36,864 nt of DNA from Myxococcota bacterium (GTDB lineage Bacteria > Myxococcota > SpSt-1050). Of this stretch, positions 28,095 to 36,217 are shown in pieces. Location: positions 1 through 36,864 of the forward strand of contig JBMFOP010000019.1 of NCBI GenBank assembly GCA_049969675.1. Direction: 5' to 3'. The notes under the pieces are model-generated. The model was given only the letters and a program-made list of their open reading frames with translations. It searched no databases and had not been told where the DNA came from. A program made the position numbers and the translations under genes. How positions within the stretch are numbered: the stretch's first letter is position 1; each line of letters opens with the position of its first letter.

Positions 28095-28736
28095 ATGAAT
28101 AAACAAATAATAACTTCTCTTTCAATTTTAATCCTTACAATCTACGGGTGCGATAGCAGGAATATGAAACTCATTGAGACTTATGATTTAAGAGATACAC
28201 AGATTCTAACCGATACCGGGATTATTGTGGAGGATGTCTATGTTGAGGATGCTACAACTGATACAAACGAGACTCCACTCAGGCTGATCTTTGAGCCAGA
28301 CAATCCAAGACCATTATTTGGAGAGGTCGCACTTATTCCATCTTATTCAGACGAGAAGACGCTTGTTGTGGATATGCTCCTTGGTGGTGATGACAATATG
28401 AAGCTCTCCTTCTATGGAGTTTATTACAGGATTAGCTTCCCAGAAGATGTGCTTGAGGTAGAGTTGATCAGTCCCCATCCAGAACTCCCATCAGGTATAA
28501 TCAACAAATTCACTATAAGAAAGGGAGAGATTATTGGAGTGATTACCAACAAGGGCGATGTACCTATGTTCTCACTCAGTTGTAAGAGACCACTTATATC
28601 AGTCAGATTTAAGATAAAGATGATAAGGACTGGAAGAATTGATATTGTAAGCAAAAAGACACAGATTCTGGATGACAAATTAAAAGCCGTAGTCAATAAC
28701 TACTTTGGAGGGAAACTCACAATTATACAGAAGTGA
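28095..28736 (+). CDS. Lipoprotein with cohesin-like domain
   Basis: Lipobox IYGC; acidic linker; FYGVYYRISFPEDVLEV...LISVRFKIK...GRIDI resembles cohesin strands. Confidence 0.65.
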   Translation: MNKQIITSLSILILTIYGCDSRNMKLIETYDLRDTQILTDTGIIVEDVYVEDATTDTNETPLRLIFEPDNPRPLFGEVALIPSYSDEKTLVVDMLLGGDDNMKLSFYGVYYRISFPEDVLEVELISPHPELPSGIINKFTIRKGEIIGVITNKGDVPMFSLSCKRPLISVRFKIKMIRTGRIDIVSKKTQILDDKLKAVVNNYFGGKLTIIQK

Positions 28737-29302
28737 GGGAGGAAGATATGAAGAGATTTATATGCACACTTTCTATTATTATGTGCTTTTCTCTCTCCTG
28801 CAGGATCAGGAGTATTGAACCAGAGGACTACAAGCCAGTTATAGAGGGACACTTAAGCCCCAAAGAGGTAAAGGAGATGGTTGAATTCAAATTCTCAAAA
28901 GTTGGTATCAAACTCGCACCGAATGTAACTCTCAATCTAAGGGGTATGAAAATAAAGACCGATGGGTATGATTCCAATCTCAATGTGGGATATGTATATC
29001 TCATCAGACCACCTGAGAACATTAAATTTACTGAGGACTATCAGAGAGAACTTACAAAGTCCGAGATGGAGGAACTGGAGAGATTGAGAAAGACAGAGGG
29101 TTATTATATCCTGTTTATCCCGGAGGGTCCAAGGGAGAAGGTGGAGGCGGCGATAGATGAGTTTATTGAACTGCTTTACAATAAAAATGTACTTATGAGA
29201 TATAAGCCTCAGGAGCCAGAGAGAGAGGAAAAAAATAAAACAGAGGAGAATAAGACTGAGCAGAAGTCTGAAGATAGTTCTAATAAAGAAGGGACAGAAT
29301 AG
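28733..29302 (+). CDS. Hypothetical lipoprotein with low-complexity acidic tail
   Basis: MKRF...SLSC lipobox (start may be ATG at 28748); E/K-rich C-terminus. Confidence 0.7.
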   Translation: MREEDMKRFICTLSIIMCFSLSCRIRSIEPEDYKPVIEGHLSPKEVKEMVEFKFSKVGIKLAPNVTLNLRGMKIKTDGYDSNLNVGYVYLIRPPENIKFTEDYQRELTKSEMEELERLRKTEGYYILFIPEGPREKVEAAIDEFIELLYNKNVLMRYKPQEPEREEKNKTEENKTEQKSEDSSNKEGTE

Positions 29303-29357
29303 AAAGCAACATAGTCCACGTACCATAAATAAAAGAAATAAAAAAATGAAAGCAAAT

Positions 29358-29662
29358 TGTAGGGGCAAAATAATATGTTCGCCAATTTTATTTTATGCCC
29401 GAAAGGTCAATGCGATGCATAAATTTCTGTAAAAAAATTCGTAGAATTTTCAAATCTGAATTTGTTTTCAATTTATGTTTAAGGCTCATAAATTTTATGC
29501 GTTGTGAATCATCTGCTGAACGAAGTGAAGCAGGATGATTCTTGTGTGCATTTGCGTAAGTACAGCACAATAAAATAACACAAAACCACAAGTGCTGTTT
29601 AGGCTCATCCCCGCAGGGGCTCATAGCGATAGCCGAAAAGGCGAAGCGAAGCCTCGTTGGAT
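29358..29662. repeat. Cluster of palindromes/REP-like elements between convergent genes (includes family C copy 2)
   Basis: gtaggggc..ttcgcc; gaatcatctgct..agcaggatgattc; acagcac..gtgctgt; cccc-gca-gggg; gcc-gaaa-aggc. Confidence 0.6.
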
Positions 29663-29667
29663 ATATT

Positions 29668-30321
29668 CTAATCCTTATGGGGTTTTAAGGGTTTTTTAAT
29701 TTTTAATTTTAGTTCTCTAACCTCCGCCTTTAAGAATTCGCCAGTATTATAATCAGTCCACAGATCCACAGTCCTGTACTTCTTTAATTTAAAGTTGTAA
29801 TGATATGCCTTTATCTTTCTCCCTCCTATAATAAGACTCTCCTCCCTGGGCTTATCCACAACTACATCCTTAATCTTTCCGTCCTGAGGGATAAAGATTT
29901 TCAGTTCATTTTTCTTATTAGGGTTGAGTTTGGGAATGAGTGAGAGATAGTGTGATGCAACATAATTATCCAGTATTATATGTCTCTCTGAATTCGTAAG
30001 CACTGCAAAATATTCGGTTCCTTTTTTCTCTGAGACAGCAGTATAGGCAAATTTTGCATTCAATCTCTTGATGTCAATCTTTACCTGTTGATTATTTACA
30101 ATCCCTTCTATTACATAGGTATCTGGTTCCCCATCAATGTCAAGAAGGGTCTTCTGTCTAAAATTATATCCATTGTTTAATTTTATTGTAGACTCAATCA
30201 TTCTATCCTGAATCTCATACTCCTCAAAACCGATGGATTTATCGCCAATATAAAACTCAAATCTCCCAGACTGAGCCGATAGGATAATATATAAATAACC
30301 TATTAAATGAAAACCAATCAT
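29668..30321 (-). CDS. Hypothetical exported beta-rich protein
   Basis: 217-aa ORF with hydrophobic N-terminus; no family confidently recognised. Confidence 0.7.
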   Translation of the reverse strand: MIGFHLIGYLYIILSAQSGRFEFYIGDKSIGFEEYEIQDRMIESTIKLNNGYNFRQKTLLDIDGEPDTYVIEGIVNNQQVKIDIKRLNAKFAYTAVSEKKGTEYFAVLTNSERHIILDNYVASHYLSLIPKLNPNKKNELKIFIPQDGKIKDVVVDKPREESLIIGGRKIKAYHYNFKLKKYRTVDLWTDYNTGEFLKAEVRELKLKIKKPLKPHKD

Positions 30322-30555
30322 AATAACCGATTTTAAACTATTTTTGAAATTTTACAATCCATATCTTTTCATGCAATACTTCAAAAATTTTTCAATAATC
30401 TCTATGCAAGATTGAAAAATAACTGTTTTTCATTACTTTCTTACTTATTGCTATCGCCTCCTTGAGTCCTTGTCGCAATGACTCTACTTAATTCTGATTA
30501 TCCCTCATATAATAAAAATTTCGGTTTTTTGAATATCAACAGTTATCTTTTGAAA

Positions 30556-30581
30556 CACACCTGTCCAAAATAAATTTTTTT
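30556..30581 (+). repeat. Repeat family B end motif
   Basis: cacacctgtccaaaataaattttttt. Confidence 0.7.
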
Positions 30582-30707
30582 CCAGAGCAGGATGAGGATA
30601 TTGAAATCCATAAATTAATGTTGAATTTGAGGCAAGGCGCAACTGATTTAAACATTAAAACCCTCTCATTTTATGGGTGAACATCCACTACAGAATGTAT
30701 TTTACAG

Positions 30708-30892
30708 AGTGTCAATATTTTTTACACTGCCTTGTGGTTGTGCTAACTATTTGATATTTTGGAATATTTAAGCAAAAATAGAGAATTCACAGATTAAATC
30801 AAGAGTTGTGTATAAAATATTTACACCTTCAATTTTTTAAAAATAGCAGAATTTCAATATGTTAGCATTGTAAAATCTGGCACGTATTTTGA
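30708..30892 (+). promoter_or_regulatory. Probable sigma54 promoter with two enhancer sites and an IHF site
   Basis: TGGCACG-N4-TTGA at 30878-30892; GTGT-N11-ACAC at 30709-30727 and 30808-30826; IHF consensus (TATCAAATAGTTA on minus strand) at 30744-30756. Confidence 0.65.
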
Positions 30893-30925
30893 GAGTATAT
30901 ATACAACAATTTTAAGGGATGCAGG

Positions 30926-31288
30926 ATGTTTTATTCACCAAAGAAGAAGACGATGATAGTGATGGAGAAGCCCTCAGAAGGCCTGAAGATGAAAGAGGCG
31001 TTTGAGCAGATAGGGATTGAATCGTTCGCTGTCAATAATGGCTTTGCGGCTAAGGAGTTGGCTGCGAAGGAGTTCTTTGATATTATAATATGTGATGCTG
31101 TGCTGCCCGATATTACGGGGCGGGAGCTGATTGAGGAGATGATGTTTATATCCCCTGAGAGTAGGGTCCTCCTGATTGAAAAGCCAGAGAATGATATCTC
31201 TGCTATTGATGAGCTCCTCCAATCAGAGTTGTTTAATGCCTTATTTTCTCAGGGCGGTTCATTCAAGAAAGTTTACCCCAGTAACTGA
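30926..31288 (+). CDS. Stand-alone response regulator receiver-domain protein (atypical)
   Basis: FDIIICDAVLPDITGREL; acidic pocket degenerate (VMEK). Confidence 0.8.
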   Translation: MFYSPKKKTMIVMEKPSEGLKMKEAFEQIGIESFAVNNGFAAKELAAKEFFDIIICDAVLPDITGRELIEEMMFISPESRVLLIEKPENDISAIDELLQSELFNALFSQGGSFKKVYPSN

Positions 31289-31352
31289 TTTGCAAAAGGT
31301 TTCCCCCCCCGCCTTGAGCAACAGTTACAGGGGTTTATTAAAGTTGCCAATT

Positions 31353-31430
31353 AGGCCCGACGAACCTACCATTCCTTAGGGTATCCCCTCCACCCTTTTG
31401 GGACTTCCGTCGGGCCTTTAATTTTTTAAT
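31353..31430 (+). terminator. GC-rich stem with long loop followed by T-rich tract
   Basis: AGGCCCGACG (31353-31362) pairs with CGTCGGGCCT (31408-31417), then ttaatttttt. Confidence 0.55.
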
Positions 31431-31467
31431 TTGACTTTGTGCAAATGTGAAATAAAATCCAGCCAGT

Positions 31468-32784
31468 ATGGTGAGTAGAATTTTTCTTGTCCTGAGCCTT
31501 ATCTTTGTCACGCAATCGATTGATGTATTAAGTGGAGAGGAGCTGCTGATTATAGAGAAGATAGTAATAAAGGGGAATTACAGGACTGATACATCTATAG
31601 TAAAGCAACACATCTCTCTAAAAGAGAAAGAACCACTTGATGAGGAGAAGGTTGAATTTTCGCGTCTCAGGCTCCTATCTACCGGATTCTTTTCCGATGT
31701 CTTTGTTAGAATTGAGAGGGGAACTCAGAAGGGTTTTGTAAATGTAGTCTTTGAGGTAAAGGAGCGAGGAACCCTATTTCTGGATGAGATTCATCTCGGT
31801 CTCTCCTCTGTAAATGCCTATTGGGCGGGGGTCTCGCTTACAGATTCAAATTTCTTGGGAAGAGGTTTTAGATTGTCTGCAGGTCTGGTCTATGGAGAGC
31901 ACTTTTTGACCTCAAGACTGAAGTTCTTGAATCCCGCCCTATTTGGTTCAAAACATAGAGTGGGATTTGAAATTCTATATAACGATGTCTCTGAAAGGAC
32001 CAAAGATGTAGACACAAATAAGGTACTGGAACTCCTGCAATACAGAAGGCTCTCGGGGACATTGATACACGGACTCAAACTTGAAGATTACATATATGCC
32101 TATGTCTATTATACATTTGAAGGAGTAGATGCCAGATTTATCAATCCACTCGAGAACAGCACGCTTCACATTAAGGCAGGGAGGTCATATCTATCAAGCC
32201 TCTCTGCCAGCATCTCAAAAGATACAAGAAATGATGTATTTATGCCAAATAAGGGTTATATGGGGACTATTAGTTATGAAATCGCCAATGCAGTCATATT
32301 CTCCGATTATGAGTATGCCAGATTGAATGTAGAGATGGAGTATTTTCTGCCAGCATTTTCAAACCATTCCTTCAGGTTGAAGATTTTAGGTGGCTCCATT
32401 CAGGGCGGAGCGCCTTTTTATAAGAAGTTCTTTGTCGGTGATTATTTCTACTTTGTATATGGAAAGACCACATTGCCGCGGATATGGGGTGTAAATACTG
32501 GAGATGCTATTAATTATAAGACGGTGGCATTTATGGGAGAGCTCTCCTATGCGATCCCATCCTTTACTATAAAGGATTTTATCTATAAAAGCTTCTTTTA
32601 TTTTACGATTGCCGCAAGTCATACCGCAACCATTGAAGAGTTTAAGAGAGAAGAGAATGTAAAACCTACTGAGGAGATTATGACGCCAGTATCTCTTGAC
32701 ATTGGATATAAGGCCGATACAGAGTATGGGATATTCAAATTCTCTCTTGCATATTTTCTGGATGTCATTATTGATAAATTCTGA
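31468..32784 (+). CDS. Omp85/BamA-TamA family outer-membrane protein with a single POTRA domain
   Basis: IEKIVIKGNYRT..RLLSTGFFSDV..FEVKE POTRA; NFLGRG, DTRNDVFMPNKG barrel motifs. Confidence 0.88.
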   Translation: MVSRIFLVLSLIFVTQSIDVLSGEELLIIEKIVIKGNYRTDTSIVKQHISLKEKEPLDEEKVEFSRLRLLSTGFFSDVFVRIERGTQKGFVNVVFEVKERGTLFLDEIHLGLSSVNAYWAGVSLTDSNFLGRGFRLSAGLVYGEHFLTSRLKFLNPALFGSKHRVGFEILYNDVSERTKDVDTNKVLELLQYRRLSGTLIHGLKLEDYIYAYVYYTFEGVDARFINPLENSTLHIKAGRSYLSSLSASISKDTRNDVFMPNKGYMGTISYEIANAVIFSDYEYARLNVEMEYFLPAFSNHSFRLKILGGSIQGGAPFYKKFFVGDYFYFVYGKTTLPRIWGVNTGDAINYKTVAFMGELSYAIPSFTIKDFIYKSFFYFTIAASHTATIEEFKREENVKPTEEIMTPVSLDIGYKADTEYGIFKFSLAYFLDVIIDKF

Positions 32785-32786
32785 AA

Positions 32787-33419
32787 ATGAATAGATTGTC
32801 TCCTGTAATATTACTAATTATACTTATTGTCAATCCACTTATATCGTCGGACAATAATCTCTTCTTCTCAAGAGATGAGAAGAACCTCTTCTTGCATATC
32901 AATATCCCGATTAAGAACGAATCTGAATTTCAAAAGCGGTTATCTTCTGGCCTGTCCAATAAGATAATAATCTCTATCCAGATGAAAGATAAGAAGACAA
33001 ATAAGATGGTTATAAATAGAGATTTTATCTTTGAGGCGGTATTTGATGTATGGGATGAAAAGTATAGAATCTTCCTCTACGAACCGACAAAGAGACTGAT
33101 TCTGGAGACAATTGAGAAGGGAGAGGTATATAAAAGATTGTTGAATCCAGAGAAGATTCTGGTATGTGAAAACTCTCTGTTACAGAGTGATTCTGTATAT
33201 CAGGTCAAAGTAAAGGTCATTATCAATCCCATCTCAAAAGAGATTATAGAGAAGATAAAGGAGTACCTCGCCGACCCACAGATTGTAGGACAGGGGAGCC
33301 CAACGCGCACGATATTTGGTTCGTTTGCAAATACTTTCATACCTGAACTCAATACAGAAAATGTAATAAAATACGAGATAAAGGCATTCAGTATAGGTGA
33401 GATTTCAGAGAAGAGATGA
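32787..33419 (+). CDS. DUF4390-like exported protein
   Basis: Signal peptide; RLSSGL, VFDVWDEKY; position just before an NtrY-like kinase. Confidence 0.65.
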   Translation: MNRLSPVILLIILIVNPLISSDNNLFFSRDEKNLFLHINIPIKNESEFQKRLSSGLSNKIIISIQMKDKKTNKMVINRDFIFEAVFDVWDEKYRIFLYEPTKRLILETIEKGEVYKRLLNPEKILVCENSLLQSDSVYQVKVKVIINPISKEIIEKIKEYLADPQIVGQGSPTRTIFGSFANTFIPELNTENVIKYEIKAFSIGEISEKR

Positions 33420-34852
33420 GCTTTCACAAGAAGATATTCTTTATAATACTTGCTGTCCATCTGATAGTGGGGACTGTCTCAGTCTTCCTTGTGAATCGTA
33501 TCATAAGGGAGTCGCTCTCAATAGGGCTTAATCCCAATATAAAGGCAGATATAGAAAACATCTATAACGCCTCAAAGGAAGAGGTAGCCACCCGTAAGAG
33601 ATTATACAACTATATATGTCTTGATGTACTGGATGCAATCAAGTCTGTGGATATCAATAATCTTACGAATATCAGGCAGATAATCTTACGAAACATATCC
33701 ACTTATACAGACCTTGAATCTGTTGAGATAAATGGGGAGAGGGTACAGCTCATAACCTCACCCGAATCCGAAAAGAATACATATTATGTCTCTGCACAGA
33801 GTTTTAATGGAAATAGTTTTAATTGTAGATTTGTGGTCCCCCAGATTGTTCTCAGCAATCAGAAGAGCCTTATGAATGTCATATCCATTCACGACAGCAT
33901 CAGCAATATGAGGAAGGACCTGATAACTTTTTATTTGAGGGTATATATCTTCCTCTTCGGTATCTCCTTTCTAACAGTTATGGTGCTTGGATATGTCTTT
34001 ATAGGGACATTTCTCTCTCCAGTAAATGAGATAAAGGCGGGGATTCGTAGAATCAAGAATAATATCTTTGATAGACCGATAGTAGTAAATTCCAGAGATG
34101 AGATGGGAGAACTGGCACAGGAGATTAATAGACTATCTGTTGAATTGAGGCTGGCAAAAGAGAGGGAGAGCTATCTGGAAAGAATCTCATCCTATCAGGA
34201 GGTGGCGAGGAGAATCGCCCATGAGATAAAGAATCCACTCACTCCGATCAGACTCGCCTTTCAGGAGATAGAGGCGAGGTATAAAGGTGATGATGAAAAT
34301 TATCGTAAATTGCTTACCCATTCAAGGGAGATAGTGGATGAGGAGATAGATGCGCTTAACCGGATAATAGATCAGTTCAGGGAGTTTGCAAAGATGCCGG
34401 TTGCAGAGATTAAACCTGCCAGGATAGATGAGTTTATAACAGAGGTGATGAAGGCAAATAACTATTTTGCTGATAGGATAAAGATTGAATTGAGACTTAA
34501 ATCAGAAGATGCAATGGTAAGTATAGATAAACTCTTGCTTAAAAAGGTCTTTGAAAATCTTATTCAGAACTCCATTGAGGCAGGGGCAAACACCATTGTA
34601 ATATCTTCCCAGAAGACTGAGGATCTCTGCATCCTGAGATTTGAAGATAATGGGAGTGGAATAGATGAGAAGATACAGGATGTAATTTTTGAACCATATT
34701 TTACCACAAAGGAGAATGGAACAGGGCTCGGGCTCAGTCTTACAAAAAAGGCGATTCTGGAGCACAAGGGAGATATATACCTGGATAGAGAATATAAGGG
34801 TGGAACCGCATTTGTGATTGAACTACCAATTGACTCATCTACAGATATTTAG
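33416..34852 (+). CDS. NtrY-like HAMP-domain sensor histidine kinase
   Basis: 2 TM; SRDEMGELA HAMP; ARRIAHEIKNPLTPI H-box; NLIQNS, DNGSG, PYFTTK, GTGLGL. Confidence 0.93.
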   Translation: MSFHKKIFFIILAVHLIVGTVSVFLVNRIIRESLSIGLNPNIKADIENIYNASKEEVATRKRLYNYICLDVLDAIKSVDINNLTNIRQIILRNISTYTDLESVEINGERVQLITSPESEKNTYYVSAQSFNGNSFNCRFVVPQIVLSNQKSLMNVISIHDSISNMRKDLITFYLRVYIFLFGISFLTVMVLGYVFIGTFLSPVNEIKAGIRRIKNNIFDRPIVVNSRDEMGELAQEINRLSVELRLAKERESYLERISSYQEVARRIAHEIKNPLTPIRLAFQEIEARYKGDDENYRKLLTHSREIVDEEIDALNRIIDQFREFAKMPVAEIKPARIDEFITEVMKANNYFADRIKIELRLKSEDAMVSIDKLLLKKVFENLIQNSIEAGANTIVISSQKTEDLCILRFEDNGSGIDEKIQDVIFEPYFTTKENGTGLGLSLTKKAILEHKGDIYLDREYKGGTAFVIELPIDSSTDI

Positions 34853-34861
34853 ACCGTGCTT

Positions 34862-34891
34862 CACATCTGTCCAAAATAATTTTTTTGATAT
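34862..34891 (+). repeat. Repeat family B end motif
   Basis: cacatctgtccaaaataatttttttgatat, 10 bp after the kinase stop codon. Confidence 0.8.
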
Positions 34892-35075
34892 GGGATGAGC
34901 CTCAGTAAGGTAAGATTATTTTGTCAAACAAAACCTGAAAGTGATGTGTAAATATATCATTATCTCTGTACAAATCTATGATTGGAGTAAGAAAATTCTA
35001 CAGATATTTTCAAAGAATGATTTTTACCTGGAAGAGGAGGAGGCGTAGGCTGACAAAGGAGCAAATAGATTTCAT

Positions 35076-35141
35076 CTAACCCGGCATAGCCTGAACCAGA
35101 ATCTTTGAAAATCTTCCCGCATTTTATGTAGAAGTTACGGT
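35076..35141 (+). repeat. Dispersed repeat family A, copy 4
   Basis: ctaacccggcatagcctgaaccagaa...aaaatcttcccgcattttatgtagaagttacggt. Confidence 0.78.
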
Positions 35142-35257
35142 CAAAAGGGTCTTTAATTCTTTAGCCAGATTGATATAGTCATTCACAAATGTGAGTCCGT
35201 CCATCTGACGGATATTTTATCTTCAGAATTATGCTATATTATAATTGGGTGAAGGGT

Positions 35258-36208
35258 ATGTTTAGAGGAATAATAAAATTTATCAAAAGTAATGATGCAC
35301 AGGTATTGATAGAGACAGTCTTTGTAGTTCCACTTATGTTGTTTATGATTCTGGGGATTCTGCAGTTTGCCATGCTTCATCAGGCGCGAATTCAGACGGA
35401 GTATGCGGCATATCAGGCGGCACGAGCAGGAATCGTCTGGAATGCAAACCACTCCAAGATGATGAATGCCGCTTTTGTTGCACTCATCCCCTCTATGTAT
35501 ATCATCAAGGCAAATATTGAAGAGACACGCACATCTGTTGATATACTACAATCATTGATTCAGTCAGCAGGGATGTGGCTTATAAATTATGCGGGGAATC
35601 AACTCAACTATGGTGTATTGCAACTGGATCAGTTCCTGAATAATCTTATCGGTGTTACAACAGGTATCCCTGATTTGAGTATTGTAAATGTCTACATCTT
35701 AAATCCCAAAAAAAGTCAACTTGATTCAATGCCAGAGCCGTATAAGACCTGGGGAGAGGTGGACTTTGATGACATAGGTGTATATAAATCGGATGGTAGC
35801 AAATATTCCGAAGATGAGGCGAAGAAGCTCAGAGATTTTAACAGACTCTGTATCACTGTTAGATTTTTATATCAGATGATAATCCCATTTGCCAACTGGA
35901 CAATACACACCGCCTGGATGGCTGGTCTTACAGGTGTTCAATTGACAGGTGCAATAGAGAGACCGGTTGAAAAGTATACAAAAAGAACAGATGTAGAAGA
36001 TATCATCGGTGGAAGGATCAATGTAGGGGGCTGGGTGACCTATCTCTTTGGCAATAAGGACCGTAATTTATTAAGGGCATTATGGGAGTTGAGAAAGGTC
36101 AGAAGACCGGGGAGTAATGTCTACCGTGGAGTTTATATGATTCCACTCTGGGCGACATACACTATGAGGATGCAGTCAAATATCTTTAAGGACAACCTTG
36201 ACAATTGA
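35258..36208 (+). CDS. TadE-like pilus assembly protein (pseudopilin)
   Basis: AQVLIET..VPL..LGILQF..YAAYQAARAG TadE motif; ORF extends to 35231. Confidence 0.85.
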   Translation: MFRGIIKFIKSNDAQVLIETVFVVPLMLFMILGILQFAMLHQARIQTEYAAYQAARAGIVWNANHSKMMNAAFVALIPSMYIIKANIEETRTSVDILQSLIQSAGMWLINYAGNQLNYGVLQLDQFLNNLIGVTTGIPDLSIVNVYILNPKKSQLDSMPEPYKTWGEVDFDDIGVYKSDGSKYSEDEAKKLRDFNRLCITVRFLYQMIIPFANWTIHTAWMAGLTGVQLTGAIERPVEKYTKRTDVEDIIGGRINVGGWVTYLFGNKDRNLLRALWELRKVRRPGSNVYRGVYMIPLWATYTMRMQSNIFKDNLDN

Positions 36209-36217
36209 GGACAGAAT

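Noticed and set aside
29590..29663. Integron attC site
   Set aside because: GTTGGAT fits GTTRRRY, but there is no complementary RYYYAAC box, no cassette array and no integrase.
30584..30636. Third remnant of the lipoprotein 5' end (agcaggatga...aatttgaggcaa) next to a family B motif
   Set aside because: Only two short matching blocks in AT-rich DNA; could be chance, and needs a scored alignment.
853..35141. CRISPR array
   Set aside because: Repeats are dispersed kilobases apart in both orientations, with no regular spacers and no cas genes.
13362..35452. Antisense or alternate-frame ORFs inside long genes (e.g. 13362..13790, 20488..20865, 21974..22480, 28937..29368)
   Set aside because: Shadow ORFs of well-supported coding sequences.
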